Assembly: GCF_009914755.1 (NCBI RefSeq)
Contig: NC_060944.1
From: the human T2T-CHM13v2.0 reference genome, Homo sapiens
DNA length: 64,000 nucleotides
Reading direction: 5' to 3' (one strand)
How positions within the stretch are numbered: position 1 is the stretch's first letter; every line of letters begins with the position of its first letter. The translations under genes and the position numbers were made by a program. The notes beneath the pieces are model-generated. The model ran no database searches. It was not told where the DNA came from and saw only the letters and a program-made list of their open reading frames with translations. Positions 33,187 through 52,302 of the stretch are shown here, one piece after another.

Positions 33187-33286
33187 CTTGAACTGTCCTC
33201 TGGTGAGCTAGGGCCACCTGGATTCCATGTGTGCTACACCCTAGGGGAAGAACGCCAGGATGTCTACGTGGCCTTCAAGGAGAACC
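33187..33286 (-). other. Candidate 100-nt 5'UTR exon of alternative NOL4L isoform
   Basis: Pyrimidine-rich acceptor ccctttgttgctgtcttctcag|GG and donor CAAG|gtatgg, in unique sequence between the CpG island and exon 2. Confidence 0.5.
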
Positions 33287-33763
33287 CTGAGAAGACAGCA
33301 ACAAAGGGATCCGACAGTAGTCACGTGCCGCAGACATCTCTGCTATCCCTTGCATCCATGGAGGTAATAACCTTCATGCTAAATGCTGCAGGGGAGGCAG
33401 GCCTTCCCTAGCTAAGGATCCAGACAGTGCTGCAAGGGAAGAGCTGCTAATAAAGGAAGCAGAAAGCACCTTCCCTGTAGACTTGGGAAGCCCCTGCCAT
33501 CCCCCTTCTGCCTGGTACCCAAATTAGCTTCATCTAATCCATTGCCCTAAGCAAACTGGACAGTGAATTGACAAAGGAAGTTCACTTTATCTATAGGCTG
33601 GATCAAGAAGGGACTTGGAGTCTCCTGCCTATCCCAGCTTCCTGGAAACACCTAGCAGGAGTAATGGAATGGAACCCTGTATCACCCCATGGGAAGAACC
33701 ACGAAAAACACACAGTCACTTGTGTAGGATCAACCTCTGGGGCCTTCCTGCATGGAGAAGAAC

Positions 33764-33777
33764 ATTGCCATGGTAAC
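33764..33777. promoter_or_regulatory. RFX X-box motif ATTGCCATGGTAAC
   Basis: 13/14 match to the palindromic X-box. Confidence 0.45.
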
Positions 33778-33871
33778 ACACACCATCCTTTCGAACCATC
33801 CAACCCCCAAACAGCCTGCCAGAGCCAGGCCAACAGAATCAGACATGGCAATAGTTTTAAAAATTTATGGA

Positions 33872-34015
33872 GAAGCTGGGCATGGTGGCGCATGCCTGTA
33901 GTCTCAGCTACTCAGGATGCTGAGATGGGAAGACCACTTGAGCCCAGGGGTTTGAGTCTAGCCTGGGCAACACAGCAAGACCCATCTCTAAAACAAAAAC
34001 AAAAACAAAAAAAAC
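33872..34015 (+). mobile_element. Alu monomer fragment
   Basis: Partial Alu arm with (AAAAAC)n tail. Confidence 0.75.
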
Positions 34016-34157
34016 CTACACATTTATGGAGCTACATTCTTGGACATCACCAGCTCCCTTAACACCAGCCCATTTGGGTTCTAAATGAAAAGCTAGGTGG
34101 CAAGTCATTGACAAAATCACCAAATGTCTACTTAAATACATCTGATATTTCAAAATA

Positions 34158-34320
34158 TTACAGCAATGGTCCTTAGACCAGCAGCATTGGCATCACCTGG
34201 GAACTTGTTAGAAATGCACATTTTCAGGTTCCACCTTAAACCTACCAAATCTGATGTGCTGGGGGTTTTAACAGGCCCCCCCAGATGATTCTGATGCAAG
34301 ACAGATTTTGAGAACTGCTG
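34158..34320. mobile_element. MER5A-like hAT-Charlie DNA transposon relic
   Basis: ccagcagcattggcatcacctgggaacttgttagaaatgca...gatgattctgatgc...tttgagaactgctg. Confidence 0.8.
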
Positions 34321-35439
34321 ATCAGAATGTCTCCATGATTGAGCCAGGGAGGTAACTGTAGGAAAACAGGTATTGGCTCATTAAATATAGACATGCTCTG
34401 TGCTTCCTGGCCTAATATATTAATATTTTCATTTCCAATGAAGGCCAATTTTCCTAATGGTGAGAACAAAAGAATCTTATTGGGCAACATTAGTATAAAT
34501 TCAACACATCTGCCCAGAGACTTAATGTGGATTATGGATAGAAAGAGCAGGAACGCCCTGCATCCTGACATCAGATTTTTAAGTCCTCCCTGGCAAAGTT
34601 AATAAATACTTAAGCAGGGCATCCCTTGGCAGGTCCTTTCTGGCTTCCTCGTTTTCCTCAGATGGATCTGAATGCTCAGCATGCTAATTCCCAGGCTGCA
34701 GACCTAAGAGGGGGATCGGCATGTCTTACCAGGCCATTAGACAGGCTCCTGCCGGGGCGACCTCAGGGAGCTCCTGAATCGGACTGAATCTTGCCTGTCT
34801 CCCCACATGAGCCAATTAAATGGACCCCTGCCCCTGATGGTGAAGTGAGGTCCAGTTGCTAATGGATTGCAGTTCTGTCATCTCCATTAGAGCTTCGAAG
34901 TCACTTGCTGGTAATAAGTTACATACTTATCAAGGTGGGATCACAGTTTTAGGCCACCAGGGTGCCATTTAGTGTGCCACCATCACTATATTAGTAGAGT
35001 GTGCCTTCCAGCAACGACGAGGCCATGGTTGAGAGGATGCGGCTAAATAGCGGAGACATTTCTCAACTGGGTTTCTCCGATGGTAGAAGAAAAAACCACA
35101 GAGAAAGGCCTTAGGATAGGCCTTCTGGTGCATTTCGGATCCAGCTCTTGACAAGGAATAAAAATCAACGAGATTGCTATTGGACGAGAAAGTCAGCCAG
35201 TAGAGCCCACCCCAAAGGAAGCAAATCTTTGGCTACCACGTGGGAGGGAGCCCAGGACTTCAGGGGGCTGATTGCACAGGCAAATGTGAGGATGCCGCTC
35301 CATCCCATCCAGGCCATCAAAGTGGCTGAGATCACAGACAAAAATTACCCTGCATATTAATTACTAGCATGCTCTTCCCAACTTCTGCAATCATGCCATT
35401 CCTCCTGTCCTCAAAACCCAGCCTTAATAAATTCAGTCA

Positions 35440-35769
<330 letters not shown>

Positions 35770-37509
35770 GTCAGCCAGAACTGGAGTTTTAGAAGCTTCT
35801 GGGGGGATTCCTGTAAAGTCTCATTTCAGCTCCTGGTGGGGCTGAAAAAAGAAGCAAGGGGGAGGAGTCAGTCTCCTGCAAAGGGGCCCCACAGGGAAAG
35901 GAAGGAGGAGGTGGAGAGGAAATTGAAAACCACACTAAACTAAGAGAACAAAAAGAAAAGAAAACCAGAATGAAGACCATCACCCAAACACCCAGAAACC
36001 CTCTCTTCAGCATCCCCAAGAGAAGCTGTCATAATTTGTAAAGGGCAATCAGGTGATTGAAGAGAGGGTATTGCTTCACTGGGACAAAGGCAGTATTTTA
36101 ATTTCTCTCGGTTCTGAATACTACCTACTGGGGACTGGAAATTGAAAAAAAAAAAAAACCCTCCAAAATAGGAATTTACCCCAGAATTTTAGGACCCAAA
36201 GTTCCATTGAGCTTCGTAGGCCTGGATGGGGCAGAGGGATGGGACCACACTCTCCCCATAAATAAATAAATACATAAACAAGGCGCTGAGGACTCAATAT
36301 AGCACCTGCCTCTTCTCCACCCTTGTGCACAATCTCCAACTGTTAGCGCGTAGCTGCCGCCGCCACCGCCACCACCGAGTCGCACCTGCCATCTGGAACA
36401 GGCCTCACATATTCCAAGACCTCCTTTCTGCTTCGCTGAACCTCCATCTTCTTTCAAATCACGCTGGGGACCAAAACGCACACCCCAGGCCACAGAGAAA
36501 GGTGCCTGGGACCAGCCCCTCAAACAACGGCGCTACATTTGAGGATGTCATCTCCTCCAAGCAGCTCTGAGTCTTTTTTCTCTTTCTTTTGGGTTTTGTT
36601 AACTCTGGGATGTCTGGAATGGGTGTAGGGGGAAGGAATGGGAAGAGAAAGGGGCACTGTGGGCCACAGTGCCCCCCAGTTAGAAGGAGAGGGGCTGGGG
36701 AAATGCAGATCCGAATGACAATGACTTATGAGGGCTGGAGGGAGGAGTACTGTCCAGCATCCCCGGACGGACAGGCCAGGGTCTGGGCCTGGCTGCAGGA
36801 CTCTGGCCTGGCGGGGGCAGGGAGAGGGTCCACAGGAGGGTGCTGTAGAGGTGAAGTCACAGGCCTAAGGACAACCCAGCCCCCACCCCAGGCAAGGGGC
36901 TGTCCTGCCTGGGCCTCAGTTTCCCCCTGTGTGAGCAGACACCATAGGCATAATGGCTTTCGCCACCTCATAGGAAGTGTGTGGGAACCCAAATGATGCA
37001 CAAACAGCACCCGCCCTAGAAGACACCCATTAAAGAGCTCTGTCTGCTACTCTGGCGACCCGCCTCCCGGGGCACCGCAGCCTAGGACAGGGAATCGGGA
37101 GTCACCGAAGGGGGGGTCCTAGGCGGAAGGAGGTAGCCCTGAGCCAGCCAGGCCCCGCGGGCGGGTCCCTCTCGGGCCGAGGAGGCGCCCTGGGCGCGCT
37201 AACGAGCGGAGAGCCCCAGGTGCGGGCCCCACCCAGGGCCGGGGGAAGAGGTGGGGCTGGAGGGGGAGGGGAGTGGGCCGCGCTAATGACTGTTGACAGC
37301 GCGCGCTGGGGCCGAGCTGGCCGCGCGCGCCGCTGACAGCTGCTCGGGCGGGGGGCAGGGGCGGGGGCGAGGCGGCCGCGCTCTCTTCACGGCGCAGGCG
37401 CGTGCGCCCCGGCGGGGAGGGGCGGGAAGGCGCGCGCGCGCCGGGCTGGGTTCGGAGGGCCTGCTGGAGCGGCTCGCGCGGGCTCCTCGCGGGCAGGCAG
37501 GTAATGAGA

Positions 37510-37523
37510 GTAACCATGGCAAC
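37510..37523. promoter_or_regulatory. RFX X-box motif GTAACCATGGCAAC within the CpG island
   Basis: 13/14 match to the X-box, in promoter context. Confidence 0.55.
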
Positions 37524-37806
37524 CCACCAGAGGAAGTGTATTCTGCAGGAGACGTTAATCCCCTCTCCCCGGAGCTGGGACAGCCTGACTTTCCATTCTC
37601 ACACAGTAATTAGATACCAGCTGTCAGTGCAGGGGGGACGGCTCCGCGGCTGCAGCCCGGCTGGGAGTGGGGGGGGGGGCGCACCAACGGGGCGGGGGGG
37701 GGACACGCAGGAACGGGGGCGTTAAAGACACAGGGACGCTCGGCTGCGGCGGGCCAGGGCGGCTGGCCTCCCCCTGTCTCCAGCCTCTAGGCGCGCGCCC
37801 GCTCAC

Positions 37807-37920
37807 CTGGAGACCGCGCCCGCGCGGGCCCCGCCCACCCCACGCGCACCTGCTGCGCGCGCGCCCGCCGGCCTCGCGTCCCCCTTCCGGCCCCGCCAAC
37901 CGGCTCCCGGCGCACCTGCC
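37807..37920 (-). other. Candidate non-coding alternative first exon of NOL4L (5' end uncertain)
   Basis: Consensus donor TCTCCAG|gtgagc at 37807/37806 inside the CpG island, same strand as the gene. Confidence 0.45.
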
Positions 37921-38623
37921 CTGCCCCGCCCCCCCGGGACGCTGCCCACCTGTCCTTTGTGCAGGGCGGTACCATTCGATCTTGCCAGCTCTCCTTCAGG
38001 GAGCGCCCGCTATGTGCCAGGCGCCGTGCCAAGCCTGATCTCCCGTAGTCCTCACAGACCCTCCGCGGTCAGTGCCTCTGCTGCTCCCCGCCCAAGGCGC
38101 AGCGGGGTGTGGCCATTTGCCCAGGGTCACGCAGACTTGAACCCCCCATCCCCGTGCCCATTTAACAACCAAGATACTGCGCCTCCCACCGCGTCCACAT
38201 CCACATCTGCTGTGGCTCCGGGGCCTCCTAACCGTCCTGGGAGACAAAACAGTCACACTGGTGGCTGGCGTCGCGGTGCACCTACTGTGTGCCAAGCACT
38301 CACGGCCTCGTTTCACTTTCGCAACAGCAACGAGAGATCTGTTGTCCCAGGGTGAGGAAGCAAAGGCACAGAAGAGCTGAAGCGATTTGCCCACAGTCAC
38401 AAGGTACAGAGTGACAGAGCTGGGGTTCAAATCCAGGGAGTCAGACCCCAGGATACCAACTACTGGGCTCCATTAGTCCCACCCCTGGATTCGTGGTGGC
38501 TGAAATCCAGCACACACCTCTTCTTCCTTTCCTCAGTTCAGCCCACGCAGGTTCTGTCCCAGCATCGTGAGTAGCTGCCTCTCCTAGCCATACCTGAGAA
38601 ATCGAAGAAGTTTCTAGGCCTAA

Positions 38624-39041
<418 letters not shown>

Positions 39042-39308
39042 TAGGTGAACCAAGACCATTCAGGTGCGAGGCTGGCCTGAGTCAGAGATGGCCTGGGAGA
39101 GCCTTTGGGGGGCAGGGAGGGTTCAGTCCCCTCAGGCCTGGCTGTGTCCCCTGCCCCCCACCCACAATCAGGCCCAGGGTTGGGGGGTGCACACCAAGGA
39201 GGGGCAGGAAGTGTCCAAGAAGCAGAACCGGCTCTGTGTCCCCAGTGGCGGCGGGTGTCTGGGGCAGGAGGAGGCTATCTGATCCCTTCCCCACTGCCCC
39301 GGCCATGA

Positions 39309-39356
39309 CCTCCTCCCTCCCTCCCTCGCTCCCTCCCTCCCTCCCTCCCTCCTCCT
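39309..39356 (+). repeat. (CCCT)n simple repeat
   Basis: Seen directly. Confidence 0.9.
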
Positions 39357-41856
39357 TCATGGCTGGGGTAGCCAGCACCCTGGGCTGCAGCTGAGAACCC
39401 AGCGTTCCCCAACCCCGCCAGCATTCCAGTGAGAGGAGGGGTGGGGGGAGACTGCACCCAGAGCTTTAGGGACAGGGGCACCCCTGGGGCTGCTCCACTC
39501 TGGGAGGGCCAAGGCCAGGCTGCCTCCAACCTCACCGTTTCCTGCCTCCGCTCTCCCCATCTCTCAGTAGCAGAGCTGCCTAAATTTGGCTCCAGGAGGG
39601 AATGGGGGAGGCAGCGGCAGGCGGGTGCCGTCAGAGGCCAGGGCGTCGCTCCCGTCTAGCCGGCTGGCATTTTTGCTGTCTGGAGGAGGGCAGGGGGGCC
39701 CGGCAGCCCTCTCCCGGAAAGGGAGATGTTCGTACCTTCTGACATACACTGAGTAATGTGCAAACGACATGCAAACCGAGCTTCAAATCAGCATCTCAGC
39801 CAGGGAACAGCTTGAGAGCTGCTTTTGGGATGAGAGCAGAAGGACCAGAGCCCAGTGCCCAGGGGCTCCAGTGGGGGTGGGGTGGGGTGGGGGGCGGCAC
39901 AGAGTGTCTAGGGCTGGGCGTTGGGAGACTCAGTTTCTTGCCAGCTGCAGGGCTTTGTTCCAGTGGCTGGACCCTCTGGGTCCCAGCCCAAGGGCAGGGC
40001 CATGGCTTTCTCTGCCTGCTCCAGCAAAGCACTGGGCACACCCTGTCACGTGGTTAAGCACGTGAGTTCTGCAGCCATCCTGCCTAGGTTTGAACCCTGG
40101 CTCTCCATGGGCCAGCTGAGTGAATTCCTCAATCGAGCACCCAGGCAAGCAGCTAGTGGAACTGGGTGTCTGTTTTAGAACAGCCACTTCCCTTCCCTGG
40201 AAGTTGGGCACGGGGGCATGACGTGAGAGAACCTGGGCTTTGGAATCAGAACTGGATTCCAGGCCTCACTCAGCCAGTGAGGCTCTCTGAGTCTCACTCC
40301 CCTCATTTGGGAAATGGGTTCAGGATCTCAAGGTCAGCTGTGACGTCCACGTGATGACCTTGCACATGGTGGGCACACACAGGCCTTCCCATGGTGCAGC
40401 CTCACTGCTGTCTGCATTCATGTGACTCCTAGCTCCATCCTGTCCCATCGCTCCTCTTCTCTTTGTTCTTCTGTCCTGGCTTTTTCGTCTCTAGATGTAA
40501 ATTTCTTGCGGTCTTTTTCCCTTCTGTCTCTCTTCTTAACTGGTGATCTTGGAAAAGTCATTGCCTCTCAGAGTCTCAGTCTGCATATCTTCTAAATGGG
40601 AGTAAATGAGAGGTGGACAATGAGCTCTGTCTGGGGCCTGAGGCTCATCTTTACAAGACCGCCCACCCATCATTCCAAAGGGCCACCAGGGGTGGGCTGT
40701 GCCCTCAACTCTATCGGGCATGGTGTGTTGGGGGCTCCACTTCTCAGTAACTCTGTTTAACCCCAGATAACTGCTCTCCTGCCCCTCGGCCGGGGCTGAT
40801 ATGAGCTGAATCCAGCTTCCTGCCACCCAAAAGCCACTTCCTGCCAAGCTGATACCAGAAGAACTTGTTTTCTGTGCACAGAGCAGTCTCTGGTGGGGCA
40901 GCCACCAGCTTGCCTCGGGTGTGAACATTTTTTTCCATTTGCCGGTCTGTCTGCTGGGCTGGGCAGGGGAGGCTGGGGACTCTGACCCCTTCGCCTCTGC
41001 ACGTGCCTGTCCTGCCCTGAGGTAGCCTCTGGGCCCACCAGCCATCCCAGGAAGGGTGCCAAGTGTCCCTCTGGGCCCAGACAGATGTGTGTAGGCCGTG
41101 ACACACAGTCTGACACAGCCACACACACACAGTCAGTCTGACAGAGCCACTGTGGCCACTGGGCATTTGGGCAAGGACTCAGGGAGACAATGTGTGACTG
41201 TCACACACAGTTAAGGTCACAGAGACATGGACATAGCCTCACACATGCAACCATCTGCAGTCCTTGGACAGTCTCACACACAATTACACGCAGGCCCACA
41301 GCCATGCTCAGAATCCCACAGCACTCCACACAGCTTCACACATGTACACGGGAATCTTCCTCCCCGGCCCCCACACCTGCCCAGCACCGACCTTCCAGAT
41401 GCATTCACTGATTCAACAAATCCTTTTTGAGGGTCTTCTCTGTGGAGGCCCTGGGCTAACCCATAATCAGAATGACTGGAACAGGAACAAATAATTAGCT
41501 GCCCTGTGCTGTTGCCTCCGTTTCCCCATCTGTGAGATGGGGATCCTAGCCCTGCCACATGGGACTGTCAATGTTAGGAGTGAATGTGTGGAAAGCCCTC
41601 GGTCCGTGTTTGGCCCACAGTGTCATCTAAGTAAGGCTATCCTGGTTAGCCAAAAGCATCCCATGCCCAGCTCCACGCAGAACACCTGGCACACATTATC
41701 TCCCTGAGCCCTTGTCCAAGTCCCCAGCAGCTGGGGTCATCGCCCCCATTCCTCAGATGAGGAAACCGAGGCTCAGAGAAGAGGCCCACAGTCTGTAGGT
41801 TGCCCCACCGATCTCATGTCATGCCACAGTGCTGCTCCAGCCTGCCTCGCCACCCC

Positions 41857-41858
<2 letters not shown>

Positions 41859-41910
<52 letters not shown>
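41859..41910 (+). repeat. (AC)26 microsatellite
   Basis: Perfect dinucleotide run. Confidence 0.97.
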
Positions 41911-41912
<2 letters not shown>

Positions 41913-43139
41913 TTCCCTCTGGCTAGAAGGCCCTTCTCACTTGCATATAGCATGCCCAGCTCCTCTGAGCTGCCTACTTACACTTCTGTGAAATGGGGAT
42001 ACTAGCCCGTGTCAGCCCCTGTTTATTTTCCCCAGGGCACTGGACTTTAAGGGCCAAGAGTGAAGACCATTTTGTCCTGTTCTCTGGCACACAGTAGGCA
42101 CTCGACAACTATTTCAAAACTAAAGGAATAAGCAAGTGGCCTCATGGCTACTGAGGACAGAGTCTGGAACTGAATGCAGGGCACTCTGAAGCTGGAGCTC
42201 ACTTCTACATTATTGCCTTTCTCATGCTACTAGCAGGCACTGAATGTGTCAGTGAGTGAATGAATGAAACCAAGATCTCAGGATCCCAGTCAAGTGCTCC
42301 CTGAGTTTCATTTCCTGGTAGTGTGGACATGAGCCAAGCTCCAGCCACCTTGGATGGTGGTGGGGGTGGCGGGGCTGATGGGCCGCCTGAAGCCGGCTGT
42401 CAGGAGCTCGTCTGGCCACAGCCGCCAGCAGGAGAGACCAGCTGGCGGTGCAGGGTCCATCGGCCCGGGCCTGGAATCTGAGCTGCCCTCAGAGGCCCAG
42501 CTTCTCTCTGGGCCCCCACAAACTGGCCTTTGTTCCTGGGCCGGCCAAGACCCAGCAGCTTGGGCTTTCTGTCTGCCCGCGGCACCCGCGCTGAGCTGGC
42601 GGGGTAAATGGGCCAGCCTCCCCTCTGTCCATGCCCAGGACGTCGCTTTAGGACTAAATGGAGATGTAATTTTCTATACAAATCCATGACAATTTAGATG
42701 GAGTGATTGTAATTGGCTTTTCAATGGGGGTTTTGTCCAGAGCTGGTGGCTAGAACTGGGTGGCCTGTTTGAGGCAGGCTCCATTTAAATGACAATAAAG
42801 CAATAATATTGAGGACTTGTACAGTGCCCAGCACTCCTCCCAGCCCAAGTAGAGCCTCATGTTTATGGATCTGGTCCTTCCCTGAGGCTGTCTGGACAGG
42901 CGGGTGGTGGGGGGCGCTAAGCCCAGGAGACAGGTGGCCATATCTTTGGGCTTCAGGACACAGAGCTTCAGAATGGCTGGGGCAAGGTCCCGCATCCACT
43001 GGCTTACCTGTGTCCTTATTCCTGAAACTGTCACTAACTAGTGCCTCCTCGGGCTAGCTGCTAGTCCAGGTTTCGGGGGCACCAAGACAATGAGAGCTGC
43101 TCAGGCAGGTCAGAGGGAGAAGGCTACAATGGCCAGTAC

Positions 43140-43860
<721 letters not shown>

Positions 43861-44141
43861 GAGCTCTCTTGCTGTGGTGCTCTTGCCTTGAGGAGCTCGC
43901 CAGCTAGTGATCATTACCATGTCGAGTGTGGGGAAAAGGGAAAAGAATAAAGCTCGCGGGAAGCCACCACGGAGCTCAGCTGGCTCTGCCATCAGGGGAT
44001 GCAATAGGAGAGAATGATCCAGAGGGCCCTCAGGAACAGGGCAAGGAGTGGGGCTGCGTGAAGGAAGGCTTCACAGAGGAGGTGACATTTGGGCTGGGTC
44101 TTGAAGGATGCGTGGCACTTCTGCCACCAGAAAGGGTGATA

Positions 44142-45550
<1,409 letters not shown>

Positions 45551-45918
45551 CAACAAACCACTTTCTCAGAGGTCTAAAACCAGCCCCAGGTCACACGGCT
45601 TGTCAATGGCAGAGATAGATCCCACCCCAGGGTGAACTCAAAATCCAGTGCACTGTTCCCCTTTGCTATCAACAGCCTTGGTCACTAGTAAAATCCATCA
45701 CAAATAGCTTTTCATCACGACTCTCAGAGAACCCATACTATGACACGAAAAGGTGAGTACTATTATTATTCCTATTTTACAGATCAGGAAACTGAGGCTA
45801 AGTCACCTGCCTAAAAGCACACAGCTGGGAATTGACAGCCAGGTTCAGATCTAGGCAGTGTGACTCCAGACCCACACCACAGGTCCTAAGCAGGAGGTCT
45901 CAGGCCAAGTGGGGTCTA

Positions 45919-46147
<229 letters not shown>

Positions 46148-46790
46148 TTTTTAAAAAATGGGACATTTCATGAAAGAAGAAAAACATGAACTTTGGACAG
46201 GACCTCCTAATGTTGACAACCCCAAGCCCCAGTCCTTGAACTTCGTCCACCTTGGGGCCACTCACACGTGTGCGATGTCACGTTGACATCTCCAGCATGG
46301 GCCTCTCCTCTGCTGCCGGACAGCCGACTGGACTGAAAGCAAGTGTGTGTCTAGGGCCCCCTGGAGAGCCAGGGCGACACATCCATCCACTCATCCAGCA
46401 AGCATTTAGACCCCCTTCCCCCGACCCGCCCACAGCCCTGGCCACCACCACCAAACTTCCTCCCCCAGCAGGCTTCTCCATCTCCCTTGCTTAGGCCAAA
46501 CACCCTGAAGGCATCCTTGACTGCTCACTGGTTCTCACAGCCCACATCCCATCCATCAGCAAGTTCTGTTGGCTCCACCTTTAAACTATATCCAGAATGC
46601 AGCTGCATTCTCCGCTGTCCCAGGGGCTGGAGGTGCAGGGAGAGGCATGTGCCGTTATTCTAGCGTGCTGAGTCTCAGTTCCATTGTCTGTAAGAAGGGC
46701 GGGCTAGAGCAGGATATTTGGATTGCCATTATTCTTGTGTCCAGATTTTGGAGCTAGGAAGAGCCTGTTTACAAGACACTTAGGTTGTAA

Positions 46791-47594
<804 letters not shown>

Positions 47595-47981
47595 AAGGCT
47601 GTAATTCTAATTCCCTTCTGGCCTGGGCAAGACATAGGTGGGACACAGGAGAGAGCATGGGTGTTGGAGGCAATGGCAGTCTTGACTTTCAACTCCTTGG
47701 GTCAGGAGCTCCCTGTGATGGAGGCTGTCTTGTTCACCACTGCATCCCCAGTATCTGCCAGAGCTGACCACAAAGTAGGTGCCCAGGAAACGTGTACTGA
47801 AAGAATAAGTGATGAATGAGTCCTCCTGGTCCTCCAGAGGGACCTTGGGCATTCACTAACTTTCAGAGGGGCTTGATTTTCCCATCTGAGAAACAGGCAG
47901 GACAATCTGATGCCACTGCCTTCCTTCTCTGTAACAACAAACATTTACCATGTGCTTACTGTGTGCCTCACCCTGCTCTAA

Positions 47982-48451
<470 letters not shown>

Positions 48452-50332
48452 TTTCTCATTCTTAAACACTGTCCTAGGCTGTCCCTCAGTAAGAAAGGAG
48501 GTTTGGGAAGCCTGCCCCAAGGAAGCACCCAAGTTGCAGGTGGGGACATGCTGGGCAGGACTGCAAGCTCAACAATCCTTCTGTGGCTCTGTACTGCCTG
48601 TCAAATGCCATCCCAAAACTCATGCCTGGATTTGAGGCCCCTGGAAGCAGCTCCAGCCATGTCTCCTCCTCCCAGAGGTCCCAGCACAAACCTGACATTC
48701 CAGCCTCCCTGGCTGCTTCTCCTCCCATGAGCTCTGGGGCAATCGTGCCTCTGTGCCTGGACACACACTGTCCCCTCTGCCCACAACTGGGTGCCCACAA
48801 CTGGGTGGTTTCATTCAAATGTCCTCTCTCTCCCCAGGAATCCTTCCCTGACCTTCCCCCAACCCCCAACCCAACATGTCTCTTGCCTTCAATTTCCTGT
48901 AACACTTTGCCAACAAGGACAATAATAGCCAATGTGTATTAAACACTCCTGATGTACCAGTAGGTACTATTGTCAATACCGTTTTACAGATGAGGAAACT
49001 TAGGCACTGAGAGGAGAAGCAAGTTGCCCAAAGACAGGTGGGATGGAGTCAGGATTGAACCTACATTTGCCTGACAAATTGCAAAGCTAGACCTCTAAGC
49101 CCCTAAACCAGACCACATCTCACTGGCAGGCATACAACAGATGCTCATTCAAGATTCCCTAGTAACTGACTGCCTTGGGCTTCCACACTTAATTGCCTTT
49201 TGCACACTTAAGTATGATCTCAGAGATTCTCCAGGCATCACCTGCTGAATTTGCATTTTTCTGGTAGTTATTTCAGAAGTGGGCGGAGACACTCTCAAGG
49301 CATGGGGGCCAAATCAAATGGTGAAAAATAAACAGGATCAGAAGTCGGATAGATCATGTGAACTGAGATCTCTGTAAAGTGGGGATTTTAATTCTGATCT
49401 TCAGGGTCATTACGAGGGGATGCACAGTGCCAGCATACACTGAATGCTCAATATACAGTAACCTCGGTCATCACACGAATGGCTCACGTTCTAGACATTA
49501 TTGCCGGGAGTGAAAATTGGTTCCCTGTCTGTGGAGGGCAGTCTGTATCATCTCCAAAAGCACATGCCCTCAGACGCAGCAATTCAACTCCTTGGTATAA
49601 ACTCGCCCATGCTTGAAATGGCCATCCATATTCAGGGATGTTCACTGAAGTCTTGCGAGAGCAGAATATCATAAACAATCCAAATGTCCATTAACAGGGG
49701 ACTGGATAAGTAAATTATGGTACATCCATAAAATTGAATACTACACAGCTGTAAAAAAGAAGGAGAAAGTTCTTTATGTTCTAACATACTTATGCACTGA
49801 CAGCATACAGATTTACTGTTTAGTGGGAAAAACAACCTGAAGAATGTAAGAGCTAAAACTATAAAACTCTTAGAAGAAAACACAGGGATAAATCTTTGTG
49901 ACCCCGGATTAGGCAATGACTTCTTAGATATGACACCAAAAGTTCAAGCAACAGAAGAAAAATTAGACAAATTGCACTTAATTAAAATTAAAAACATTAA
50001 TGCTACAATGGACACCATCAAGAAAGCAAAAAGACAACTCACAGACTGGGGTAAAATATTTGCAAACCATGTATCTGATAAGGGACTTGTATCTAGAATA
50101 CAGAAAAGATTCTTAAAACTCAATGGTAAAATGACAAGTAATACAATTTTTTTAACGGGCAAGGATCTGAATAGATATTTCTTCAATAGAGATATACAAA
50201 TGGCCAATAAGCACATGAAAAGATACTCAACATCATCGGCCATCAGGGAAATGCAAATCAAAACCATGGTGAGATGTCACTTCACACCCACTAGGATGGC
50301 TCTAATCAAAAAGACAGCCAATAACAAGTTCT

Positions 50333-50730
<398 letters not shown>

Positions 50731-51105
50731 TCAAAAGGTTAAACATAGAGTTACCATATGACTTACCACTCCTACATGGAAGAGAATAAAAAGCAGAGGT
50801 GAACACAAAAACTTGTACATGACTGTTCATAGCAACATGATTCAAAATAGCCAAAATGTGGAAACAACACAAATGTCCATCAACTGTTGAATAAATAAAT
50901 AACATGTGGTATGTCCATTCAATGGAATATTATCAGCAATAAAAAGGAATGAAGTACAGTCAGGTGTCAATGATGGGACAGGTTCTGAGAAATGCATCAT
51001 TAGGTGATTGCATCGTTGTGCGAACATCATAGAGTGTATCTACACAATCCTAGATGACACAGCCTATTATTGTACTGAATACTGTAGACTATTGTAACAC
51101 AATGA

Positions 51106-52302
<1,197 letters not shown>

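Larger units (their letters stand above)
37050..38300. promoter_or_regulatory. Intragenic CpG island, probable alternative NOL4L promoter
   Basis: Very high GC and CpG density (e.g. gcgcgcgcg runs); several GGGGCGGG Sp/KLF boxes at ~37326-37430; two TGACAG sites; X-box at 37510; consensus minus-strand donor at 37807. Confidence 0.85.

Noticed and set aside
37119-38430. Arg/Pro/Gly-rich ORFs on both strands
   Set aside because: Expected artefact of CpG-island composition; not in frame with NOL4L exon 2 via the 37807 donor
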